Shown here one piece after another: positions 1 to 11,959 of a stretch of 64,000 nt of DNA. This DNA is from Octopus vulgaris (Eukaryota), in contig OX597842.1 of NCBI GenBank assembly GCA_951406725.2, forward strand, positions 1,054,001 through 1,118,000. The letters are read 5' to 3'. The notes below the pieces were generated by a model, which made no database searches, had not been told where the DNA came from, and saw nothing but the letters and a program-made list of their open reading frames with translations. The position numbers and the translations under genes were made by a program. How positions within the stretch are numbered: position 1 is the first letter of the stretch; every line of letters begins with the position of its first letter.

Positions 1-152
1 TCAGTTTCCGTTTACCAAATCCACTCACAAGGCTTTGATCAGCCCAAGGCTATAGTAAAAGACACTTGCCCAATGTGCCATGCAGTGGGACTGAACCCGG
101 AACCATGTGGTTGGAAAGCAAGCTACTTACCACACAGCTACTCCTGCGCCTA
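1..152 (-). mobile_element. SINE family A (tRNA-headed), 5' part running off the window edge
   Basis: Reverse complement of the family A head GGCGCAGGAGTRGCTGTGTGGTAAG...GGGTTCAGTCCC (A and B boxes); matches >20 copies in the window. Confidence 0.85.
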
Positions 153-164
153 TATATATGTATA

Positions 165-620
165 CTGTTTTGCTTGTTTCAGTCATTTGACTGTGGCCAT
201 GCTGGAGCACTGCCTTTAGTCCAGCAAATCAACCCCAGGACTTATTCTTTGTAAGCCCAGTACTTATTCTATCGGTCTCTTTTCTCTTTTACTTGTTTCA
301 GTCATTTGACTGCGGCCATGCTGGAGCACCGCCTTTAGTCGAGCAATTCGACCCAGGACTCTGTAAGCCTAGTACTTATTCTATCAGTCTTTTTTGCTTA
401 ACCGCTAAGTTACGGGGACGTAAACACACCAACATCAGTTGTCAAGCGATGCTGCAGGGACAAACACAGACACACAAACATTTACACACACATATATACA
501 TATATACATACACATATACAGATGATGGCTTCTTTCAGTTTCTGTCTACCAAATCCACTCATAAGGCTTTGGTTGGCCCGAGGTTATAGTAGAAGACATA
601 CCTAGGGTGTCACACAATGG
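165..620 (-). mobile_element. SINE family A, two partial copies
   Basis: Two CTTGTTTCAGTCATTTGACTG(T/C)GGCCATGCTGGAGCAC tails plus body sequence. Confidence 0.8.
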
Positions 621-729
621 GACAGCATCTTACTGCTTTTACAGTGCTTTCAAAGCTTTGAGTCGCAGTCATAATGTTGATATATTTTAATACTCAGCAG
701 AAATCATCACGATACAGGTAACTCTTTCC

Positions 730-1062
730 TAGGCAAGTTTCTTCTACTTTAGCCTCAGGATGACCAAAGCCTTGTCAATGGAGTTGGTAGATGGAAACTG
801 AAAGAAGCCCATCATATATATGTATATGTGTATATGTTTATTTGTCTGTGTTTGTCCCCCCCCCCACCGACATCACTTGACAAGCAATGCTAGTGTGTTT
901 ATGTCCCTGTAACTTAGCAGTTCAGCAAAAGAGACCAATAGAATAAGTACTAGGCTTACAAAGATTAAGTCCTCAGGTCGATTTGCTCGACTAAAGGCGG
1001 TACTCCAGCATGGCCACAGTCAAATGACTGAAACACGTAAAAGAGTTAAAAAGAGTAAAAGA
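730..1062 (+). mobile_element. SINE family A, 5'-truncated
   Basis: Body, internal TA/TG tract and AAAAGAGT-repeat tail. Confidence 0.8.
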
Positions 1063-1064
1063 AT

Positions 1065-1106
1065 ATATATAAATTTGTGTGTGTTAGTATGTATGTATAT
1101 ATAAAA

Positions 1107-1159
<53 letters not shown>

Positions 1160-1356
1160 TTTGTGTGTGTGTATGTATGTATGTATATACATATATGTAT
1201 ATATGTATATACATATGTACATGTATACATATATATATATATATATATATATATGTGTATATACATACATACATATATATATGTACATATATATATGTAC
1301 ATATATATATGCATATACATATATATATGTACATATATATATGTGTATATACATAC

Positions 1357-1387
<31 letters not shown>

Positions 1388-1534
1388 CATATATATATAT
1401 ATATGTACATATATATATGTATATACATATATATATGTACATATATATATGTGTATATACATACATTCATATATATATGTACATATATATATGTATATAC
1501 ATATATATATGTACATATATATATGTGTATATAC

Positions 1535-1565
<31 letters not shown>

Positions 1566-1685
1566 CATACATATATATATATGTATATATATATATGTAT
1601 ATACACATATATATACACATATATATATATATATATATATACGTATATACATATATACATATATGTATGTATGTATATGTGTCTG
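1065..1685. repeat. compound (TA)n/(TG)n/(TACA)n microsatellite
   Basis: Seen directly; source of the spurious Y/I/M/C-rich ORFs. Confidence 0.95.
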
Positions 1686-2084
1686 TTCATTCATGCTTTG
1701 GGTTTTTTATGTGGCCTGACCTGACAAAGCTATTTAAAAATCATATTTTTTCTCCTGATGAGATAGATAACTCATCACACTTATATTTATTAGACATATT
1801 CGTTAATTATTAATTACATAATCTCATAAGTCATGATGTTTTTATTCCATTAAAATAGCTGTCAGAAATAATCACGTTATGAATCTTGTGTAAAAATTTA
1901 TACTTTTTGCAAATTAACATTCTACATTCCATTGATCTCAACCAAAGTCTAAGCCAATTCTATACACACATGCAAGAGTATGTGTATAGTCTAGTAATAG
2001 CTATTGCATTGTGTTAATTAATTAGAGTGTAATGATTTGATCACTATGGATCTCTTAAATACCATGGTTATACCTATATATGTG

Positions 2085-2800
2085 TGTGTGTTATGGATGG
2101 CTGAGGAGAGATATGTGAAGACGTGCCACTCCCAAACAGTTGAAGGAATTCGGGGTAGAGGTAGACCCAGGAAGACATGGGATGAGGTGGTCAAGCATGA
2201 CCTTCAAACATTGGGCTTTACAGAGGCAATGGCGGAAGAGTGAGACCTCTGGAGATATGCTGTGACTGCAAAGACCTGACAAATAACGTGAGCTCATGGC
2301 TGTTTTCTGCACCAGCTTCACGTAGAAGCCCCAGCCCATCCAAAGTGCCTTGGATCGCAGGACGGCCTGCTGTGCTTACCTTGGATCGAAGGGTGACCTG
2401 CTGTGCTTGAGGAGACCCATTGAGTCAAGTGCATCAACATAAAAAAAAAATCAAATGGAAATTGCTGTTGTGATACTTGCGCTGGTGGCATGTAAAAAGC
2501 ACCATCCGAATGTGGCCGATGCCAGCACCAGCTTGACTGGCTTCCGTGCTGGTGGCACATAAAAAGCACCAACCGATCACGGCCGTTGCCAGCCACCCTT
2601 GGCACCTATGCTGGTGGCACGTAAAAAGCCCCCACTACACTCATGGAGTGGTTGGCGTTAGGAAGGGCATCCAGCTGTAGAAACACTGCCTAATCAGACT
2701 GGAGCCTGGTGCAGCCTCCTGGCTTCCCAGACCCCGGTTGAACCGTCCAACCCACGCTAGTATGGAAAACGGATGTTAAATGATGATGAGGATGATGATA
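2085..2800 (+). mobile_element. 5'-truncated RTE-clade LINE: ORF C-terminus, 3' UTR and (GAT)n tail
   Basis: Translates VEGIRGRGRPRKTWDEVVKHDLQTLG...DLWRYAV (RTE C-terminal GRP..TW motif), then runs into the UTR with GGAAGGGCATCCAGCTGTAGAAAC and a GATGAT tail. This links the repeated 'family C' sequence to an RTE 3' end. Confidence 0.85.
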
Positions 2801-2840
2801 TATATATATGTATGTATGTATGTGTGTGTGAGTGTGTGCA

Positions 2841-2891
<51 letters not shown>

Positions 2892-2924
2892 TATATATAT
2901 ATATATATATTATGTATATATATA

Positions 2925-3236
2925 TCACCGTGATCACCGTGACCGACTAGGCTATCAGATGTTGCTACACATCGCTGGTCACAATGTGCTTTGCATTGTT
3001 TTAGCCATCAAATGACGCCACCCCACTGGCTAAGGAAACAGGCCAACAGAAGAAAGATTGAGAGAAAGTTGTCACGAAAGAGTACAGCAGGGATCACCAC
3101 CATCCCCTGCCTTAGCCTCGTGGAGGTTTAGGTGTTTTTGCTCAATAAACACTCACAACACCCGGTCTGGGAATCTAAACTGCGATCCTACGACCATGAG
3201 CCTGCAGCCCTAACCACTGGGCCATTGCGTCTCCAC
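2925..3236 (-). mobile_element. SINE family D (tRNA-derived, possibly Arg-like head)
   Basis: Minus strand begins GTGGAGACGCAATGGCCCAGTGGTTAGGG (A box); homologous to 4313-4478 and 54022-54665. Confidence 0.75.
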
Positions 3237-3259
3237 ACACACACACACACATGATTGGG

Positions 3260-3473
3260 GTAGGGGAAGATTTTCTGGCTTTAAGGGTATCGCAAAAGGC
3301 CTTGTTGGAGGCCCAACCTTCCGATGTCTTTTTACAGGGCTTAGAAAAACTGAAGGACCACTGCTATAAGTGTGTGAATTTAAGGGAGGAATACTTTTAA
3401 TAAAATCATAATTACCTGATTCTCAGGTATTTTCTTTTATCCAAAACCAGGAACTTTACAGCACCCCTTTGTA
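3260..3473 (+). mobile_element. mariner-derived MITE (~220 bp)
   Basis: Homologous to 35091-35312; retains a transposase C-terminus (FLQGLEKLKDHCYKCVNLREEYF*) and the right TIR CCAGGAACTTTACAGCACCCC. Confidence 0.7.
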
Positions 3474-3600
3474 TGTATATATGCATATATATATATATAT
3501 ATATATATATAGATGTGTGTGTATATATATATATACAAATATATTGGTAAAAACGGTAAGATAACAAAAGAAAGAAAGAGACCTCAATATTATTTAAATA

Positions 3601-4013
3601 TAGGCGCAGGAGTGGCTGTGTGGTAAGTAGCTTGTTAACCAGCCACATGGTTCTAGGTTCAGTCCCACTGCGTGGCACCTTGGGCAAGTGTCTTCTACTA
3701 TAGCCTCGGGCCGACCAAAGCCTTGTGAGTGAATTTGGTAGACAGAAACTGAAAGAAGCCCGTCGTATATATGTATATATATATATGTGTGTGTGTATGT
3801 TTGTGTGTCTGTGTTTGTCCCCCTAGTATTGCTTGACAACCGATGCTGGTGTGTTTACATCTCTGTCACTTAGCGGTTCAGCAAAAGAGACCGATAGAAT
3901 AAGTACTGGGCTTCCAAAGAATAAGTCCCGGGGTTGATTTGCTCGAGTCTGAAGGCGGTGCTCCAGCATGGCCACAGTCAAATGACTGAAACAAGTAAAA
4001 GAGTAAAAGAGAG
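3601..4013 (+). mobile_element. SINE family A, full length
   Basis: Head with A/B boxes, CCTTGGGCAAGTG (CORE-like), internal microsatellite, AAAAGAGT tail. Confidence 0.9.
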
Positions 4014-4020
4014 GAAATTT

Positions 4021-4225
4021 ATCTGTAAAATAATATGTGACAATTACTCAATAGTCAAGATAAAACTCTGAGTTTCGGATGCCGAGGTGGAAATCCACAA
4101 CACCATCTCTTTGGTTATCCAGCCAGATAACCGAAGAGATGGTTTTGTGGATTTCCACTTCGGCATCCAAAACTCAGAGTTTTAAAATTGTACTAATGAA
4201 TAATTGTACATATTAATTTACAGAT
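4021..4225. repeat. ~200 bp palindrome, probable Penelope-like inverted junction with hammerhead-like motifs
   Basis: Arms 4021-4119 and 4126-4225 are reverse complements. Confidence 0.75.
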
Positions 4226-4312
4226 ATATACAAATATATATTTTTTTTTTTTTTTTTTGTACTTGTTTCAGTCATTTGACTGCGGCCATGCTGGAGCACC
4301 GCCTTTTGGAGT

Positions 4313-4478
4313 GGTGAAAGAGTACAGCAGGGATCACCACCATCCCCTGCCGGAGCCTCGTGGAGCTTTTAGGTGTTTTCGCTCAATAAACACACACAAC
4401 GCCCGGTCTGGGAATTGAAACCGCGATCCTCCGACCGCAAGTCCGCTGCCCTAACCACTGGGCCATTGCGCGTCCACT
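4313..4478 (-). mobile_element. SINE family D, 5' part
   Basis: Matches 3079-3236. Confidence 0.75.
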
Positions 4479-4494
4479 ATATATATATATAAAA

Positions 4495-4915
4495 TTGAAA
4501 TCAAAATAGAAATTGTAGCTGTGGTCAATGCTAATGCCACCTGACTGGTACCCATGCTGGTGACACCTAATAAGCACCATTCAAGTGTGGGTCAATGCCA
4601 GTGCTGTCTGACTGGCTCCCCATGCCAGCGGCATGTAAAAAGCACCATCTGAATGTGGTCGATGCCAGTCCCCACCAAGTGGCGCCTGTACCAGTGGAAC
4701 ATAATAAGCATCATCCGAACTTGATTGATGTCAGTGCTGCCTGATTGGCTTCTGTGCCGGTCAGGCAGCACCCACTACACTCTCAGAGTGGTTGGTGTTT
4801 GGAAGGGCATCCAGTTGTAGAATCCATGCCAGATCTCATTGGAGCCTGGTGCTGCCTACTGGCTTGCCAGCCCTCAGTCAAACCATCCAAACCATGCCAG
4901 CAGATGCGAAATGAC
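4495..4915 (+). mobile_element. RTE 3' UTR fragment
   Basis: GGCA(T/C)GTAAAAAGCACC-type repeats and GGAAGGGCATCCAG. Confidence 0.75.
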
Positions 4916-4917
4916 GA

Positions 4918-5680
4918 TATAGTGAATCGAAAAGGAGTGATGTTTCGTCAGGACAAGGCACGACCCCCACACTGCCAAGATCACACCACAGAAGATTGAA
5001 AAGCTTGGTTGGGAAAAAATTCCTCATCCCTCTTATTCTCCCGACCTTGCTCTTTCAGACTACCATTTGTTTCGTAGTTTACAGAATCATTTAGCCAGGA
5101 GGAGGTCGTAACTGAGATTTCAGAGTTCTTAGCTTTGAAACCAAAAGAGTTTTACATTGATGGGATCAAAAAGCTTGTAAATAGATGGAAGGAAGTCATA
5201 GATAATTAATGAAAGTACATTGATGATTAAATTTCAATTAAATATAACATTTAAATATAACCATCCGATCGTAGCCGTTACCAGCGCCGCCCCGACTGGC
5301 CTCCGTGCCGGTGACACGTAAAAAGCACCATCCGTTCGTGGCTGTTGCCAGCCTCGCCTGGCCCCTGTGCCGGTGGCACGTAAAAAGCACCATCTGTTCG
5401 TGGCCGTTTGCCAGCTCCGTCTGGCACCTGTGCGGGAGGCACGTAAAAAGCACCTACTACACTCACGGAGTGGTTGGCGTTAGGAAGGGCATCCAGCCGT
5501 AGAAACACTGCCAGATCAGACTGGGCCTGATGCAGCCTTCTGGCTTCACAGACCTCAGTTGAACCGTCCAACCCATGCTAGCATGGAAAGCGGACGCTAA
5601 ACAATGATAATGATGATGATGATTTGATCACTTGTTTTCTATATTCAAAATTCGGACAGAACTTATGGGATGACCTGATA
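4918..5680 (+). pseudogene. mariner (DD34D) transposon 3' half with right TIR, interrupted by an RTE insertion
   Basis: VNRKGVMFRQDKARP/HTAKIT..KIEKLGWEKIPHPSYSPDLALSDYHLFRSLQNHL...FYIDGIKKLVNRWKEVID, with a frameshift and stops; TIR-like CGGACAGAACTTATGGGATGACCTGA+TA at 5653-5680. Confidence 0.9.
5260..5622 (+). mobile_element. RTE 3' end nested in mariner
   Basis: Three UTR repeats, GGAAGGGCATCCAGCCGTAGAAAC, (GAT)n tail. Confidence 0.85.
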
Positions 5681-5899
5681 AATGGGATTGGTCTCCTTAG
5701 CCTGTTATTCATGGTTGGCTACACATGTGAATTTCTTAAGCTGATCAGATCATCTGGATTTCAGCTGCATGGACACTGTAAACTACACTTCTTTCTATTG
5801 GATTAGTGTGTGGAATGTTAGCAGAGTTTGTTAGAGGAGCTTACTGTGATAGGACGCAATTCTCTTATACTGCAAGTATATGATGGACTCTTTCATTGA

Positions 5900-6180
5900 A
5901 GGCTGCATATGAGTGTTCAGCTTTAGCTGAATGACCTGCACAAATGATTTGTTTATAGTGATCAAATGTTCGTGCCGCACATTAGCTCCCTCTCAACATC
6001 AAACCAACTTTACCTGAACAGGTGCACAATGCACCATGCACCAGGTGTTGAAGTAATAGCAGAGCAATATGAAATGAAGTGTTTTGCGTAAAAACACAAT
6101 GCACAACTCAGTCCAGGAATTGAAACCACAATCTCACAATTGTGAGTACAACACCCTAACCACTAGGCCATGCGTCCACT
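5900..6180 (-). mobile_element. degenerate tRNA-derived SINE (family D-related head)
   Basis: Minus strand GTGGACGCATGGCCTAGTGGTTAGGG...GGTTTCAATTCC. Confidence 0.55.
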
Positions 6181-6232
6181 CATACACACTACATATATAT
6201 GACCAATTATAAGTAACGTTAGAACCCACACA

Positions 6233-6399
6233 AGGTACAGGAAGTGGCTGTGTGGTAAGTAGCTTGCTAACCAGCCACATGGTTCCGGGTTCAGTCCCAC
6301 TGTGTGGCATCTTGGGCAAGTGTCTTCTGCTATAGCCCCGGGTCGACCAATGCCTTGTGAGTGGATTTGGTAGACGGAAACTGAAAGAAGCCTGTCGTA

Positions 6400-6442
<43 letters not shown>

Positions 6443-6790
6443 TTGCGTGTGTTTGTGTGTCTGTGTTTGTCCCCCTAGCATTGCTTGACAACCGATGCTG
6501 ATGTGTTTACGTCCCCGTCACATAGCAGTTCGGCAAAAGAGACCGATAGAATAAGTACTGGGCTTACAAAGAATAAGTCCCTGGGTCGATTTGCTCGACT
6601 GAAGGCGGTGCTCCAGCATGGCCGCAGTCAAATAACTGAAACAAGTAAAAGAGTAAAAGAGAAAAGAGACCGATAGAATAAGTACTGGGCTTACAAAGAA
6701 TAAGTCCCGGGGTCGACTGGCTCGACTAAAGGCGGTGCTCCAGCATGGCCGCAGTCAAATGACTGAAACAAGTAAAAGAGTAAAAGAGAG
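6233..6790 (+). mobile_element. SINE family A with tandemly duplicated 3' ~127 bp
   Basis: AAAAGAGACCGATAGAATAAG...AAAAGAGT occurs twice (~6536 and ~6662). Confidence 0.85.
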
Positions 6791-6924
6791 AATATACACC
6801 ATTCTGCTCTAAGAATGAAACTACGGATACTTATGTATCTCACTTCTATTTTCCTTTGGATTCACTTCACTCTGTATTTCATGTCTTATCTAGAATAACT
6901 ATTGCTTTACCATTCTCTCGCACC

Positions 6925-7272
6925 GTCTCTGATGAAGGGATATATATATAACTAGCAGTATCGCCCGGCGTTGCTCGGTTTGTAAGGGAAATAACTATAT
7001 AAGCATTTTTAGAGAGTTACTTCCCTTATATAATAGCAAAAAAATGCATTAAAAATGGGAAAAAATGATGGTAAATTTTTTTAAAAATCGTAGACTCATT
7101 GTAGATGCGCGCTAATACCCAGAAGGGCTCGATATGAATCACGACTATAAGATACCCGCTTTTGGTTACACTGCACTGCAAAATGTGGGAGTAGTTAGGA
7201 ATCTAAATCGTAGGAGACAGACACACAACTTCACTTTTATATATAAAGATATCCTGGAAACAGCTGTAAGAC
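6925..7272 (+). ncRNA. minimal type I hammerhead-like motif (Penelope-type) split by a Helitron
   Basis: GTCT-CTGATGA-AGGGATA...[Helitron]...TATCCTG-GAAA-CAGCTG-TA-AGAC. Confidence 0.6.
6952..7249 (-). mobile_element. non-autonomous Helitron (~300 bp)
   Basis: Minus strand 5'-TC start, GC-rich subterminal hairpin CCGAGCAACGCCGGGC, CTAG-3' end, inserted between A and T; homologous to 52328-52729. Confidence 0.85.
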
Positions 7273-7997
7273 CTTCTCTTTATAAATGTTCAAAAATCTT
7301 TCATAGCATTGGATTTTTTTATCTCATTCTGTTAATTTTTAAGTACATTGTGCCAAAACAATTGGGGCCAATATCGGTCAGGAGGAGGGGGCTGAGGTGA
7401 AAAAAAAATGGATTTTCAAAAAAAACTTTCCATAAAAATTAACCCCCAACCACCACCACCACCACCAATACATCACCTTGAAGGCCTGAATGAGAAATAA
7501 AATTGGAAAAAACCCTGTCAAAACAGAGGAAATTAGACTTATGTGGGCGTCCTGAACCGAAATTCCTCTTCAGTAATTTCTTCTCCTTAACTGCATGATG
7601 CATAAATAAATTGATTTTCATCTTTTACCAAAAATTTCAGACATCAAAAGTATATAGAGCAGAAATAATGCAGACACAAAACGGTTAAAATATTTAGTTT
7701 TAAGAATTATTACTCGTTGTTAAGCCATTTCTTGAAGAAAATATAAAATCTAAGGAGATAATGTTCCAAATTTTGTTTTTTTATCTCCTACATAAAAAAT
7801 GGTTTAAAGTTATATCAACCATTGCGGTTGGGCCCCCTTAGTTTCCTGGCAACCAATATTTTTAGACCCAGTCCGCCACTGTATATATATGTATATACAA
7901 GCAAAACGCTCCTCACCCCGTCCAATGGATGGTGCTGAATCATATCTGCTGAGTAAAAAGCAATCAGTGTTTTCTTTTCATTAAAAAATATTTAAGC

Positions 7998-8163
7998 ATG
8001 CGCAGGAGTGGCTGTGTGGTAAGTAGCTTGTTTACCAACTACATGGTTCCGGGTTCAGTCCCACTGCATGGCAATTTGGGCAAGTGTCTTCTGCTATAGC
8101 CCTGGGCCGACCAATGCCCTGTGAGTGGATTTGGTAGACGGAAACTGAAAGAAGCCCGTCGTA

Positions 8164-8210
<47 letters not shown>

Positions 8211-8424
8211 ATGTGAGTGTATGTGTTTGTGTGTCTGTCTCCCTACCATTGCTTGACAAACGATGCTGGTGTGTTTACGTCCCCGTCACTTAGCGGTTCG
8301 GTAAAAGAGACTGATAGAGTAAGTACTGGGCTTACAAAGAATAAGTCCAGGGGTCGATTTGCTCGACGAAAAAGCGGTACTCCAGCATGGACGCAGTCAA
8401 ATGACTGAAAAGAGTAAAAGAGAA
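7998..8424 (+). mobile_element. SINE family A, full length
   Basis: Consensus head, body and tail. Confidence 0.9.
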
Positions 8425-8559
8425 GTTAAGGCAAAAAAATACTTCTTAAGAAACCAAATAGTCTTTCCTTCCTTCATGCCAAGTTTGAAGAAAATACCGC
8501 TTTTGCATCTTACTTTTTTGGTCTCTTAAATATACTGCATTTTGTGGCATTATTTCAAG

Positions 8560-8932
8560 GCAGCTGGTTTTGTTTGCACAAACTGCACATGCATTTTTCT
8601 CATGTTGTGTAGTATCGATCGCAACAGCTGATGTTCTTGCGCATACAAATGCACATTCCCATCGCTTTATCAATCGCATTCTCACCTGGAATCGATTTTT
8701 GTAATTCTTTCAAGACTTATACACACCCTGATACCTTCGGTATCTACATATCAAATTTGAGCGCAATTGGATGGCGGATGCCCGAGATCCTAGAAGACAC
8801 ACACACACAGACAGACAGAACGTATATGTATGTATATATATGTATATGCAGGGTCTCGAAGGAGATAGTGTTAGTTGAAGGCTACAAAATGTGCCATACA
8901 CAGACAACTTCAGCTTTATATATATAGAGAGA
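8560..8932 (-). mobile_element. Helitron-like non-autonomous fragment (5' end)
   Basis: Minus strand TCTCTCTATATATATAAAGCTGAAGTTGTCTG start and CTGT repeats like the 6952 element; left boundary uncertain. Confidence 0.5.
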
Positions 8933-9142
8933 TTAGGAAATCAATATCAAAACTCCTCAGAAAGATATACACATGTGAAAAATAATTGTTGTATTAAAAA
9001 TATATAAATAAATAAATTTAAATATGTATAAAAATATATGTAAATGTGTATAAGTATAAATATGTAATGTATATGACAGTTGAAAAGTTTTGAATTAATT
9101 ATTTAAAGCATCTTACGATCGTTTCACAGAAGAATTGTCCCT

Positions 9143-9545
9143 ATCATCATCATCATCATCATCGTTTAACGTCTGCTTTCCATGCTAGCATGGGTTGGAC
9201 GATTTTGACTGAGGGCTGGCAAACCAGATGGCTGCACCAGGCTCCAATCTTGATCTGGCAGAGTTTCTACAGCTGGATGCCCTTCCTAACGCCAACCACT
9301 TCGAGAGTGTAGTGGGTGCTTTTTATGTGCCACCGGCACGGGGGCCAGTCAAGCGGTACTGGCAACGATCTTGCTCGAATCTTTTTACACGTGCCAGTAA
9401 GGCAACGCTGGTAACAATCACACTCGAATGGTGCTTTTTATGTGCCACCGGCACGGAAGTCAGTTAGCCGCTCTGGCAACGATCAAGCTCAGATGGTGCT
9501 CTATGCACCCCGCTAGCATGGATGCCAGTCATCAAATTTGATTTT
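9143..9545 (-). mobile_element. RTE 3' end
   Basis: (CAT)n + CGTTTAACGTC...GGATGCCCTTCCTAACGCCAACC; close to 18163-18710. Confidence 0.85.
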
Positions 9546-9949
9546 GAAATCCTTTGAAACAACATGGAACAAACAATATCTCATCTCAACGACTTCTATG
9601 ACTGTCTTCACAAAGCGCCTGCACACACCACACTGTCCTTCTCTAATAGCGTGCATGTGCCCTTATATGGTTTAAGACAGTTGACTTGCTATCTCACAGG
9701 ACTGTCAGGATCTCACCACAACAGATTACATCCCAGTAACGTAGCAGTTTGGCAAAGAGAGACTGATAGAAGAAGTACCAGGCTTAAAAAAAAAATCAAG
9801 TTACTGGGTTTGATTTGTTCAACTAAGAATACTTCAAGGTGGTGCCCCAGCATGGCCACAGTCTAAAGACTGAAACAAGTACAAGATAAAAGATATGTAT
9901 ATAAATGTGTGCGTGTGTGTCTGTATGTGTGTGTGTGTATCCTTTACAA

Positions 9950-10177
9950 ATGTATTTCTTTACTGCCCACAAGGGGCTAAACATAGAGGGGACAAACAAG
10001 ACAGACAAAGGGATTAAGTCGATTACATCGACCCCAGTGGGAAACTGATACTTAATTTATCGACCCCGAAAGGATGAAAGGCAAAGTCAACCTCGGCAGA
10101 ATTTGAACTCAGAACGTAACGACAGACGAAATACAGCTACGCATTTCGCCCGGCGTGCTAACGTTTCTGCCAGCTCA
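9950..10177 (-). mobile_element. SINE family B
   Basis: Minus strand GAGCTGGCAGAAACGTTAGC...GAGTTCAAATTC (B box)...GCCTTTCATCCTTTCGGGGTCGATAAATTAAG central domain. Confidence 0.8.
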
Positions 10178-10674
10178 ATGCTTGACAACCAGTGTTGGTG
10201 TGTTTACATCCCTGTAACATAGCGGTTTGGCAAAAACTACTGATACAATAAAAACCAGACTTAAAAAGAAACATATGTACTGGGGGTGATTCATTCAACT
10301 AAAATTCTTCAGAGCAGTGCTCCAGTATGGCCAGTCTAATGACAACATCAAGCCACACGTAAAAACTAAAAATACCAGCTAAAACTGTAGAATCAGATAC
10401 AGATAGCCCTCACCTCTTACACCATGGCATCACACATCTGATATGAACCAGGAACAACAGGACCATAGAACAAACTGCCTCATCACATGAGTGTGTCTGT
10501 GTGTCACAGAATCAACTCTGAAAATGGTGGTTCCATAGAATGAATGCATTAAACAAGTTTCTTCCAAAAACTTTTGATTTCAGTTTTAGCTTTTTTTTTT
10601 TAATAAATGTCTTCTTTGCCTTTTTTTGTGTAATGTTAATTTGCAGATATTTTTTTCTCAAATTCCACTGATTA

Positions 10675-10794
10675 TATACACCCATATATACATACATGCA
10701 TGTAAGTATATATATGTGTGTGTATATATATATATATAAATAGGTATTTATATGTATGTGTTTTTATATATATATATATATATGTATGTATATA

Positions 10795-10848
<54 letters not shown>

Positions 10849-11037
10849 TAACCTGAGACTCTGTGCAAGGCGTGTTTGTAAATTTGTGTGCGACCATTTT
10901 TTCATTCCATTTGTTCATTAGAAAACTTTACTGCCTCTGGTGTGTGAGTGTTCATGTATATATATATATATATATATATACATACATATATATATTGATA
11001 TGTGTGTATATATGTACGCGTATGTGTCATCATATAC

Positions 11038-11085
<48 letters not shown>

Positions 11086-11346
11086 GTATCATTATATATA
11101 CATACACTCACATACGCACATATGTATCCACACACACATACACACAAACACACATATGTGAATATATATATGATGTCACATATATGCATACTTAAACATA
11201 TATACACTCATACATTTATGGATGTGTATTCATGTGTATGTATATATATGTGTGTGTGTGTGTGTATGTGTGTGTGTGTACACACACATTTACGTATATA
11301 TACTTATACATATATATTTATATATATATGTGTGTGTGCATGTATG

Positions 11347-11377
<31 letters not shown>

Positions 11378-11532
11378 CTATATATATATGTGTGCATATA
11401 TATATATATTTATGTATATGTATTTATATGTGTGTATGTATATATATGTGTGTGTGTATGTATGTATATATATATACCTCATATTTAGATTTCTCTACCA
11501 AATTACAATCGCATTGATGGAGTGTATGTGTA

Positions 11533-11628
<96 letters not shown>

Positions 11629-11645
11629 TTTACACACACACACAT
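10675..11645. repeat. compound TA/CA/CT microsatellite
   Basis: Seen directly. Confidence 0.95.
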
Positions 11646-11712
11646 ATGTATAACAATGTTTAATAATGTTCTTTAATCATTTCCACCATTATTATCACTT
11701 TTTCCTCTCTTG

Positions 11713-11757
<45 letters not shown>

Positions 11758-11959
11758 GTACATTTATCATTATTATTAGTGTTACTGTTATTATTATGGT
11801 CATTATCGTTATTATTACAATTACCAGTATTGTAATTATCAGTGTTCAAAACCCCAGAATTTATCAATATTATCATGTTCATTATTATTATTATTATTAA
11901 TATTATTATTATCATCATCATCATCATCTTCATAAAAGGTAGATGTCTAATGGAATCAT

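Noticed and set aside
1020-1813. Long Y/I/M/C/H-rich ORFs (also 10.7-11.6, 14.6-15.4, 25.7-26.3, 30.9-32.5 and 33.5-34.7 kb)
   Set aside because: Translations of TA/CA/GTAT microsatellites, open in several frames on both strands
7340-7882. Possible DNA transposon (CAGTCCGCCACTG end)
   Set aside because: No matching opposite TIR or TSD found; left unclassified
9105-9145. Hammerhead 3' half GAAACGATCGTA on the minus strand
   Set aside because: 5' core is absent or replaced by the RTE (GAT)n tail; incomplete
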